DNA from: an uncultured Candidatus Binatia bacterium
GTDB lineage: Bacteria > Desulfobacterota > Binatia > Bin18
DNA length: 64,000 nucleotides
Direction: 5' to 3'
Assembly: GCA_965214605.1 (NCBI GenBank)
Contig: OZ243961.1
Coordinates: forward strand, 832,001-896,000
Every line of letters starts with the position of its first letter. Position 1 is the first letter of the stretch. Positions 55,801 through 64,000 of this stretch are shown here, in pieces. The translations under genes were made by a program, and so were the position numbers. The notes beneath the pieces are model-generated. The model was not told where the DNA came from and did not search any database. It saw only the letters and a list, made by a program, of their open reading frames with translations.

Positions 55801-55827
55801 TCCCTGTTTGAGACCGGGGAGCGCTGA
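52822..55827 (+). CDS. DUF1156-family amino (likely N6-adenine) DNA methyltransferase
   Basis: KLIEV.[29 protein letters not shown] (DUF1156), motif I DPFAGGG, motif IV TDPPYY. Confidence 0.92.
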   Translation: [1001 protein letters not shown]

Positions 55828-55841
55828 AGATACCGGACCAT

Positions 55842-56493
55842 GTGGACACCATTGGCGCCGAGAGATGGGCACACCGGGTACGGGTTGGTCCATATGTCGT
55901 TGAAGACGCAATGGCTCCGGCGGAGACGGAGCTCACTCAGCGCAGAGAGCACATTGAGCCATGGCTCTCTGCGCTGCTGCAGGCGGAGCATCTGAACCTG
56001 CCGGTAGGCAGCGGACTGACAGCCGCAATTGCGGAGCCCCTAGGCGCCCCAGTAGTGGATATGGCTCCGGTAGGGCCCGGCCACGAGTACGAAGAACTCG
56101 TGCTTTCCGCCGCCGAGTGCCGCGCGGAAATCAGTGGGCGCGGGAAGACGAACGTAGAGGACATGATTCGGGCGACCGGGGAGTTGATGTAGGATCCCAC
56201 AGTTTTGTATGGATTCGGTGACGATCACATCAATCGGATACTGCGGAATATGTTGACCCTTCCTTCGACGCACCCGGCAATCATCTCCTTCAATGAGGCA
56301 CGGAAGAATCCCGAGGTTCTGCAGCGGCGCTGGTCGTGACGAGCAGATAACGCTATCCGTCGGTCCACACTTTGGCTACTTACCAACCCTGGTAAACCAT
56401 GATCTACCGAAGCCTTCGATAGATCATACGACTTGGCGAATGGTCAAATTCCTCAACAAACGGACTCCGAGAGTCACGACGGTGACCTTGTGA
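55842..56493 (+). pseudogene. SIR2-like (SIR2_2) protein with internal deletion
   Basis: N-terminal HIEPWLSALLQAEHLNLPVGSGLT is joined across TAG 56190-56192 to C-terminal YGFGDDHINRILRNMLTLPSTH / QITL..GPHFG..LPKPSID. No central catalytic motifs. Confidence 0.7.
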
Positions 56494-56589
56494 GGAGCCA
56501 TTCGCATGGCCTGGCTAGTCGAGCGTCTTGGTGATCGCGCCGTGGGTGGTTGTCGAGAGCGTCAGTACGAGCTCCATTAGCGTGGACAG

Positions 56590-56979
56590 TCCGGCAACGC
56601 CACAAGCTACCACACTGCATACTGGCACCCCGACTGGCTTTCCAAGAAACAATGGCTATATTACTTGCTCGTGTCGAATGAATCAGGGGCGACGGTCGGT
56701 TCCATCACGTCCGTACGGGTAGAAAGGTTGCCATATCCAAAGCGAAAAGGCATGCAGGGCCTCTGCTCAGCTGGGGCGCGCCGGCTCCGCTTCTTGTTGA
56801 AGTACACGAACTTCCCGCTCCAGAAAGACCTTACTCTCGAGACCCGGCGTTTTGGGCCGTTTGGACAGGATCGCAAGAATACAAGATCGCCTGGCAGTGG
56901 GTGTCTGGGCCCTCGACGTCGCCGCCCCTTGCCGAGACCGAGGGCCGGAATGAACCGAGCGGTGCTCACGAGCCCGTAG
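56590..56979 (+). pseudogene. Eroded unknown gene fragment
   Basis: Protein-like Trp/Tyr-rich pieces in different frames (SYHTAYWHPDWLSKKQWLYYLLV; PAFWAVWTGSQEYKIAWQWV). Confidence 0.35.
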
Positions 56980-56988
56980 GAGCAACGT

Positions 56989-59900
56989 ATGGCAACATCA
57001 AATCACGAACGCGTAGGGAAAGCGCTCGACCTCCTGAAAGCCGGACTAGGACCTTTTGTTGAGCGCGAGGTCAAGAGCGCGCTGAAGTCTCGGCGCCTCG
57101 CCGCTCACAGACTGCGGGACTACGCCGAAGATCGGGTTCTAGCGAACAAGCCGCTATTGGAATGGGATGCCGCTGGCTTGTTGAAGCTCATGGGGGAAAC
57201 GTGGAACGACGTCTTTCGCGAGATTCTTGGACCTGGGGAAAGAGGCTTTGTCGGTGAGCTTCGTGGATATCGAAACAGATGGGCACACCAGGAAAGCTTT
57301 ACGAGCGACGATGCCTACCGGGCGCTTGATTCCGTCGAACGGTTGTTGGCCGCGGTGTCAGCCCCGCAGTCGGGGGACCTCGAGCGTCTCAAAATGGAAC
57401 TGCTCCGGGTCCGGTTCGACGAGCAGGCGCGCGGCGAACGCCGCAAGCGGGCGGGAACCGCGATCGAGAGCGCCGCCGCCACAAATCTGAAGCCCTGGCG
57501 GGAGATCGTCACACCGCACAGGGATGTGGCAAGCGGGCGATACCAGCAGGCCGAATTCGCTGCTGACCTGTGGCAGGTGCATCTTGGCGAAGGGCCGGAC
57601 GAGTATCGCGAGCCGGTTGAGTTTTTCCGACGCACCTACCTGACTGAAAGCTTGAAGGGGCTTCTGGTCGGCGCTCTTCATCGTCTCACCGGCAAGGGCG
57701 GCGATCCGGTCGTCCAGCTGCAAACCAACTTTGGGGGCGGCAAAACGCACTCAATGTTGGCGCTCTACCATCTGTTCTCCGGTACAAATCCTACCGAGCT
57801 TTCCGGTATTGAGACCGTCATGCGGGAGGCGGAAGCCACGCAACTGCCCACAGTGCGTCGCGTCGTGCTGGTCGGTAACAAGATCTCTCCGGGCAATCCG
57901 GCGACCAAGGACGACGGCACAGTGGTCCGTACGCTCTGGGGTGAACTGGCCTGGCAACTGGGCGGGAAGAAGGCCTACGCATCCATTGCCGCGGACGATG
58001 AGAAGGCCACAAGTCCCGGCGACACACTGCGGGAGCTGTTCAAGGAATACGGCCCTTGCCTCATCCTCGTCGACGAGTGGGTTGCCTATGCGCGCCAGCT
58101 TCACGACCGGAGCGATCTGCCCGCTGGCGGATTCGAAACACAGTTTAGCTTCGCCCAGGCACTGACCGAGTCTGCCAAGCTCGCCGGCAACTGCCTGCTG
58201 GTGGTCAGTTTGCCGGCTTCCGACACCGCTGGGTCGCCGCATACCCAGGCCGATGATGTGGAAGTCGGAGGACAACGCGGGCGGGAAGCACTCGACCGTT
58301 TACGGAACGTCGTAGGTCGCATTGAGTCCTCCTGGCGCCCGGCGAGTGCCGAGGAAGGCTTCGAAATCGTACGTCGTCGCCTGTTTGAGCCGCTCTCGGA
58401 TCCAGCGCAGTTCAGGGACCGAGACGTGGTCGCGCGGGCGTTCGTAGAGCTCTACCGCACGGAGCATCGGGAGTTCCCGCCTGAATGCCGGGACAGTGAC
58501 TACGAGAAGCGCATCAAGGCTGCGTACCCGATCCATCCGGAAATCTTCGATCGGCTCTACACCGACTGGTCAACATTGGTGAAGTTCCAGCGAACGCGCG
58601 GGGTGCTGCGCCTGATGGCAGCCGTCATCCATAGCCTTTGGGAGAAGGAAGATCGGAATCCGCTGATCTTACCGGCGAACATCGCGATCGACGCTCCCCG
58701 CGTGCAGTTCGAGCTGACCAGATACCTTCCGGATACCTGGGTGCCCGTGATCGCGAAGGATGTTGACGGCCCGAGTTCTCTTCCGCTGCGCATCGACGGT
58801 GAAGTTCCGAATCTCGGAAAGTCCGCCGCGTGCCGACGCGTTGCGCGCAGCATTTACCTTGGGTCGGCCCCCACAGCGGATGCGGCGCACCGGGGACTCG
58901 AAGATCGGCGGGTGAAACTGGGGTGCGTGATGCCGGGCGAATCTTCTGCGGTCTTCGACGATGCGCTCCGTCGCCTGGCCGGCGCTGCGACGTACCTCTA
59001 CCAGGATGAGTCGCGGTACTGGTACTCCACGCAGCCAACCGTGACGAAGCTCGCTGAGGATCGCGCTGAGCAGCTGAAGCGCCACCCCGACAAGGTGGTG
59101 CAGGAACTTCAGGCGAGGCTCCGGGCCGACCTGGGCGAGCGGGGCGACTTCAGCCGCGTTCACCCCTTGCCTCAATCCGGACAGGACGTGCCGGACCACC
59201 TCGATGCACGCCTGATCGTGCTCGGCATCGACCATCCCTATAGCAGGGAGAAAGGCAACCCCGCCGAAGTTGCTGCGAAGAAGATCCTGGAGAACTGTGG
59301 GAATACACCTCGACTTTTCCGCAACACGCTTGTGTTTCTGGCCGCCGACAAGACACGGCTTCAGGACCTGGACGAAGCGGCGCGCCGCTACCTGGCGTGG
59401 GAGTCGATCCTCGCCGAGCGTGAGCAGCTCGACTTGTCTCCGCACCAGGTGAAGCAGGCTGCGATGCAGAAGGACACGGCATTGAGCATGGTGACCACGC
59501 GAGTCCCTGAGACGTACCAGTGGCTGCTCGCCCCTATTCAGGAAAACCCGCAGGCCTCCATAGAGTGGCAGGCCCTGCGCCTATCGGGTCAAGACGCCTT
59601 GGCGGTACGGGCCAGCAAGAAGCTTCGAAGCGACGAACTGTTAGTGACAGGGTTTGCCCCGACCCGTCTGCGGATGGAACTTGACGGCGTACCTTTATGG
59701 CGCGGAGATTACGTATCCACCAAACAGGTTGTCGAGGATTTTGCCAAGTATCTCTATCTGCCCCGCAGCAGCGAGCCACAGGTGCTGCTGAACGCGATAG
59801 AAGACGGCGTCGCTTTGCTGACCTGGGAACGGGAGACGTTCGCGTTCGCGGACAGCTATGACGAAGAGGCAGGCCGCTACCGCGGGTTGCGTGGTGGACA

Positions 59901-60345
59901 GGCTGTCAGGCTTCCCGATGCTGACGCGTCTGGAGTGCTGGTGAAGCCAGACGTCGCGCGTCGGCAGATTGATGCAGAAACCAAGAAGCCGACGGCAGGC
60001 GAGGAAGGCATTCCAGGGGGGGATACGACAAAACAAGGGGCCGATGTTGATAGCGGCGGAGGAGAAACAGGCGCGGGCGGGGAAACGCCGTCTCCACCGA
60101 AAGCAGCGCAGCACAAGCGCTTTCACGGCACGGTGCAGCTGGATGTCACGCGCGTCGGGCGTGACGCGAGCCGCGTTGCCGAGGAGGTCATCTCGCACCT
60201 GGCGGGCTTAGTAGGAGCAAAAGTCACGGTCACCCTCGAGATCGAAGCCGAGTTCCCTTCGGGTGCATCGGACCATGTTGTCCGGACCGTCACCGAGAAT
60301 GGTCGGACGCTGAGATTTGCGAGCCAGGGGTTCGAAAAGGAATAA
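56989..60345 (+). CDS. DUF499 P-loop ATPase with N-terminal Swt1-like HEPN domain
   Basis: HEPN RNRWAH (Rx4H); LKPWRE..PH.DV..EFAADL; Walker A NFGGGKTH; Walker B LILVDE; YPIHPE, FQRTRGVLR. Confidence 0.92.
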   Translation: MATSNHERVGKALDLLKAGLGPFVEREVKSALKSRRLAAHRLRDYAEDRVLANKPLLEWDAAGLLKLMGETWNDVFREILGPGERGFVGELRGYRNRWAHQESFTSDDAYRALDSVERLLAAVSAPQSGDLERLKMELLRVRFDEQARGERRKRAGTAIESAAATNLKPWREIVTPHRDVASGRYQQAEFAADLWQVHLGEGPDEYREPVEFFRRTYLTESLKGLLVGALHRLTGKGGDPVVQLQTNFGGGKTHSMLALYHLFSGTNPTELSGIETVMREAEATQLPTVRRVVLVGNKISPGNPATKDDGTVVRTLWGELAWQLGGKKAYASIAADDEKATSPGDTLRELFKEYGPCLILVDEWVAYARQLHDRSDLPAGGFETQFSFAQALTESAKLAGNCLLVVSLPASDTAGSPHTQADDVEVGGQRGREALDRLRNVVGRIESSWRPASAEEGFEIVRRRLFEPLSDPAQFRDRDVVARAFVELYRTEHREFPPECRDSDYEKRIKAAYPIHPEIFDRLYTDWSTLVKFQRTRGVLRLMAAVIHSLWEKEDRNPLILPANIAIDAPRVQFELTRYLPDTWVPVIAKDVDGPSSLPLRIDGEVPNLGKSAACRRVARSIYLGSAPTADAAHRGLEDRRVKLGCVMPGESSAVFDDALRRLAGAATYLYQDESRYWYSTQPTVTKLAEDRAEQLKRHPDKVVQELQARLRADLGERGDFSRVHPLPQSGQDVPDHLDARLIVLGIDHPYSREKGNPAEVAAKKILENCGNTPRLFRNTLVFLAADKTRLQDLDEAARRYLAWESILAEREQLDLSPHQVKQAAMQKDTALSMVTTRVPETYQWLLAPIQENPQASIEWQALRLSGQDALAVRASKKLRSDELLVTGFAPTRLRMELDGVPLWRGDYVSTKQVVEDFAKYLYLPRSSEPQVLLNAIEDGVALLTWERETFAFADSYDEEAGRYRGLRGGQAVRLPDADASGVLVKPDVARRQIDAETKKPTAGEEGIPGGDTTKQGADVDSGGGETGAGGETPSPPKAAQHKRFHGTVQLDVTRVGRDASRVAEEVISHLAGLVGAKVTVTLEIEAEFPSGASDHVVRTVTENGRTLRFASQGFEKE

Positions 60346-60457
60346 GGACCCGTACGGTCGGAAATGCTCGCTAGGAAGCAGGCAGTTAGGGGTTTGTGCT
60401 TCCCTTCGGTCAGACCGCGCAACGTCTTGTGGGAACTCCGGCTTTCGGCTCGCTCAA

Positions 60458-60784
60458 CTACTCTGGGACGCACCCGCTGTTCACGGTAGCTGGGACGCTT
60501 CGCCGCAAAAAGACCCCCATCCGGGGAGAAGCAGGCACTCTACGTCCTTCGATCAACCTGACAAGCTCCTCTGAGCCGATGATCCCGACGGAAAGTTGAT
60601 CAAGCCTGTTACCCTTGATCCGAAAGCCAGGCAGCGCCCCCGTCTTTGGATCCCGGAGACCGCTTGTCCTTCTCTTGGCGTGCGCTAGAAACTCGTTTTT
60701 CGTGGAATTGAGAACGGCCCTTTCAAACTCCTTCCCAGCCCGATGGTACGAACCTCGCGGTCGTCCATCTTGAATGTCGATCAT
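60458..60784 (-). CDS. Small hypothetical protein
   Basis: GGAGG RBS before ATG 60784; directly follows the YjzC-like gene. Confidence 0.5.
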   Translation of the reverse strand: MIDIQDGRPRGSYHRAGKEFERAVLNSTKNEFLAHAKRRTSGLRDPKTGALPGFRIKGNRLDQLSVGIIGSEELVRLIEGRRVPASPRMGVFLRRSVPATVNSGCVPE

Positions 60785-60796
60785 CGCTGAGACCTC

Positions 60797-61012
60797 CTAC
60801 TGGCGACGGCCGCTGTCCTTCGTCGGATCAACGAGCTTGTACTTCTGACCGCGTTCCAGCGGCAACGGCAGGGGTTTCCCTCTCGTCACGGTACGCTCGA
60901 CACCCGTTCCGTCGCCGCAAGAGCCGGCGATCTCGTATTGCCCTGAACGCGGAGCCTTTTCTCCGGGTTTGGAGCGATATTTCTTGGAAAATACTGGTGG
61001 AGGTGACGACAA
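60797..61012 (-). CDS. YjzC-like small protein (possibly degenerate)
   Basis: KPGEKAPRSGQYEI.G..G..TG.ERTVTRG.PLP...GQKY.LVDPTK. Confidence 0.7.
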   Translation of the reverse strand: MSSPPPVFSKKYRSKPGEKAPRSGQYEIAGSCGDGTGVERTVTRGKPLPLPLERGQKYKLVDPTKDSGRRQ

Positions 61013-61117
61013 TCACATCGCCTTATAAATCGCTATCCTTAGGATGTTGAACGCCAAAAATGCCCCCATAGATACCCCCATGGCTTTGGGGATTCTCTCG
61101 CTGGATTCAGACCGATT

Positions 61118-62370
61118 TTATCGCTCCTCTGGCGCCCGCCGTGCGTCGAATCGCTCCAGCGTGTCGGTGGTGCCGCCGGGCAATCCGCGCACCTAGCGGA
61201 GGCGTTCTACTATGCACTCTCGTTGCTCGTCAGGTAAATTCTGCGCCTGGCGTTCGGTATCGGCCAAGAACGCTTTGAGCCGCTCTGCTGCCACCTAGAA
61301 GACGTCGATGATCTCAAGCAGCTCCTCTCTACTGTCCTGCAGTGCCTTCGCGACCCGCGTCCCCCTCCTCTTCGCGCTGCCACCGCTCATATTGAGCTTC
61401 TCGCGCTGACGTTCAATCTCCGCCCAACGCTCCCCCCTCTTCAACGAGCCGCGCGTTCTCCACTGAGCCTTCTCCAGTTTCTGGACAACGGCTGGGATGC
61501 GGGCTGGAGAGGTGCTGGTCCAGCGTCTCACACCACTGGTAGGACCACTCGGCCTGAAGGTATGGCGAGTAGACCTGCAGGCAGAGGTGCCCCCCGGTCG
61601 GGAAATCGCGCGTGCCGGTCCAGCCATCGTCCTGTGCGTATCGACAGATCAATAATGTATTCTCCGTTGACGTACCGGGCCTCCGCTTCCCCGGACATCT
61701 TGATGACGGTGAGGCCGATCGCCACCGTCCCGATGTGGACACCGTACAGCGCATCAGAGACCACAGGGCGTTATGATAGGGCCCCTTTCCGGGATTCTCG
61801 CGTTTGTCGCCCTTTGCGCGATGGAATTGCTCGGAGTTGGGCGCGATGACCACACGATGGCCATGTTCTTCCAAGGCCAGGAAGAAGGTATTTGCAAAGG
61901 CGAGGGTTTTCTCCAAGCCCGTCTTGGTCAGGGCCAGGTTGACGAACAGGTTCTTGGCTGGCTTGAGGTACCCGCCGTAGTTAGGAGAGACGCCGGCTTC
62001 GAAGAGTGGCTTAGCTCCGGTCACCAGCAGATATCGATCCTGTAGCGTCCGCCGCGCGGTGCGCTTCCTCCCGGACTTTCGGTCCAGAGGCGTTGGTAGC
62101 GAGCAAGCCCGTTTCGGCTGGGCACCGTCGCGCATCCACTCGAGCTGGTCGCCGGGACGACGCCGAGACACGGCTCAGGGGATACAGGTTGCTTCGGCGC
62201 TTTGCCGACCGCCAGTTTCGCCCAGCCGCCGCACTCCAGCCGCGGCGGCACGCTGAGCTGCGTGCAGACCCTGGCCATGTCGCTCGCCGAAACGCCGAAC
62301 CGGACTGCTACTTTGAGCATGGGTTCTGACTAGACGAGGTTGTATCGTCCTTCTCAGCTTGCAGGACCGT
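61118..62370 (-). pseudogene. Island-associated hypothetical protein (N-terminal HTH-like), frameshifted
   Basis: YNLV*SEPMLKVAVRFGVS..MARVC..LSVP..WAKLAVGKAP; GYLKPAK; SREELLEII; ends APEER-stop. Several stops and frameshifts. Confidence 0.7.
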
Positions 62371-62529
62371 CGCCGCTGTCGGCCGGTTGCGCCGGGATCT
62401 CCGGGTTGCTTTGTCCCTCTGCCACGCCGGTCAATCAGTCCCAATCCCAGGGATTCTACCAATGAGAACGCCTCTCGGGTTGATTGTGGCCCGGTCCTTG
62501 GCTCCACAAAACCGCGGCCTACCAGAGCT

Positions 62530-64000
62530 CTAGTTGCAGAGACTCGAGAGCTCTTCTTTCGTAAGAACACGCACGCCACAATTGGCTGCGACGCCAGCGA
62601 AGTACATTGGAACGACTTCGCTAAACACGAACAGCCCCTCTAGTGATGGCGACGCTTGCTCACCAACGAAACACGCGACCGCCGCGCGGTGCTCGTTCAA
62701 CAATTTGAGCCGCACAAGGTGCTTTTTCATTCGATCGGGCTTTCCGTGAACGTTGAGTTCTCCGCGAAAATCGTGCAGCTGGCGAGCAATCTCGGCCATT
62801 GTCATTGCCAGCTCCAAGTCCTTGCACTCTATCGCGAGCACGCGACCCGCCTTCCAGGCAAGGACATCGACATCTCCGTAGTCCTGATCAAGCTTGCGGT
62901 TGAGAATCTCGGTTAGCTTGATCTCCAGTCGGGTCTTCCAACCGAGCTTTTCGAGGTGGGCAGCAACTTCCTTATTAAATTCCTGTCCGCGCCTGTTTTC
63001 GGCCGCGCCGATCCAGGAGCGCATCCGTCCCGGAGGAAAGTCCTTCGCCTCGTAACCTCCCGTGTAGCAATAGTCCAAGACCTTTCGTATGCCTGCGCGG
63101 ACCAACCCGGGCGCAACTAGATAGCGCGGGGATGGATCGTCGAGCCGCACGATAGGTCTGCTAATGAGGGCCAGACGACGCCGAAAGCGCCATGGATACC
63201 AGTCTTTGGGCCGGAATCCATTCGGCGTGGAAGCCCACGTGGAGCGCGGTGAAAGAGAAAAGGCTTTAAGTATCTTTCTAACTACCACTTCATCGAGCGG
63301 CTTAGAGCCATCGAGAGCAAATATTTCCGTTTCGGTTGTCGAGAAGACCAACTCCTGACGTTTGATCCCCTCATCTTCCAGATTGTCCATGAAGATATGC
63401 ACGTCATCAATGGTAAAGCAGAAAGCTTCTGTCCAAGCCTCACAGAACTCAGGGTCCGGTTCTCCGCGCGCAGCGCCGACTAGCTCTACATCGCGAAAGT
63501 GTTGCTCGTAGGTGTTCGCGCCATGCCGATATCGGATGACACCGAGAGTCTGTCCGTAAGGAGTGACAATGGTCTCATCGAAGTCAACGTCCGTGTGCAC
63601 ATCGCCGAAAGGAGTGATTCTGATCTCTGGTGCCTTGCTCTGGTATCGGATTGCCTCAGACCATCCGCCAAAGCTGTGCATCTGCATGACCTCTGCGAGG
63701 AGTCGGGAGATGTCAAGCCGGCCCGGGTGTATCCCGGCATCTTTCGGGCATTCGCACAAAGCCATCTCGACAAGAATTCGCGTGCTAAGCGACGCTGCGT
63801 TAAGCCGGGCGATCTCTTTCGAAGCCTCCCTCTCGGCGGCCTCCTTGTCATGATGTAAGGAAAGGGCAGCACGCGCGGTCCTGAGCCAGCGGCCGGCCTC
63901 GATTTCGACGGCTTCGTGATTCCGTAGTAGGGCGAACAATAAATGCTCGCGGTTATACTCTTTCAGCTTCGACTGGAGCTCGGTCCAAATGCTGTCAACG
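62530..64000 (-). CDS. Large hypothetical protein with C-terminal PD-(D/E)XK-like nuclease domain (5' partial)
   Basis: Frame open to the window edge; C-terminal GQEFNKEV..YGDVDVLAW..VLAIECKD. Confidence 0.75.
   Translation of the reverse strand, partial: VDSIWTELQSKLKEYNREHLLFALLRNHEAVEIEAGRWLRTARAALSLHHDKEAAEREASKEIARLNAASLSTRILVEMALCECPKDAGIHPGRLDISRLLAEVMQMHSFGGWSEAIRYQSKAPEIRITPFGDVHTDVDFDETIVTPYGQTLGVIRYRHGANTYEQHFRDVELVGAARGEPDPEFCEAWTEAFCFTIDDVHIFMDNLEDEGIKRQELVFSTTETEIFALDGSKPLDEVVVRKILKAFSLSPRSTWASTPNGFRPKDWYPWRFRRRLALISRPIVRLDDPSPRYLVAPGLVRAGIRKVLDYCYTGGYEAKDFPPGRMRSWIGAAENRRGQEFNKEVAAHLEKLGWKTRLEIKLTEILNRKLDQDYGDVDVLAWKAGRVLAIECKDLELAMTMAEIARQLHDFRGELNVHGKPDRMKKHLVRLKLLNEHRAAVACFVGEQASPSLEGLFVFSEVVPMYFAGVAANCGVRVLTKEELSSLCN

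Noticed and set aside
49132-59445. Long minus-strand ORFs (437, 246, 258 and 258 aa)
   Set aside because: Antisense shadows of GC-rich helicase, methylase and ATPase genes, with no motifs.
49222-60345. BREX, DISARM or type III R-M call
   Set aside because: No PglZ, no DrmA/DrmB (DUF1998), and no Mod/Res architecture.

Overview
GC-rich bacterial chromosome window. Gene order and content suggest a Deltaproteobacteria-like organism, possibly Ca. Binatia-like; this is inference only. Bases 1 to ~41.2 kb are housekeeping and metabolic: partial AMIN amidase, rnpB, zinc-ribbon protein, tRNA-Ile2(CAT), dnaG, rpsU, ClC channel, UbiB kinase, larB, thiL, grpE-dnaK-dnaJ, recO, ppdK, aroE, hslO, ribBX, hpnD, dxr, yjbQ, amtB with a sigma54 promoter, nudC, and several catabolic enzymes. 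From ~41.2 kb to the end is a defence island, mostly decayed: remnants of McrC, AbiEi, a sacsin-like ATPase, Sir2, a PRTase, an HTH regulator and IS1595/IS701/IS630. Inside it, an ~11 kb module keeps three uninterrupted ORFs: SNF2 helicase-DUF3883 nuclease, DUF1156 amino-methyltransferase and HEPN-DUF499 ATPase. A DprA-like gene and a large PD-(D/E)XK-type gene at the right edge are also uninterrupted. Other notable signals are a 3-copy 19-bp repeat array (59-60 bp period) abutting the tRNA-Ile2 5' end where rpoD normally lies, and a fossil Phd-VapC pair between recO and ppdK. Family calls come from motif recognition by eye; no database searches were run.
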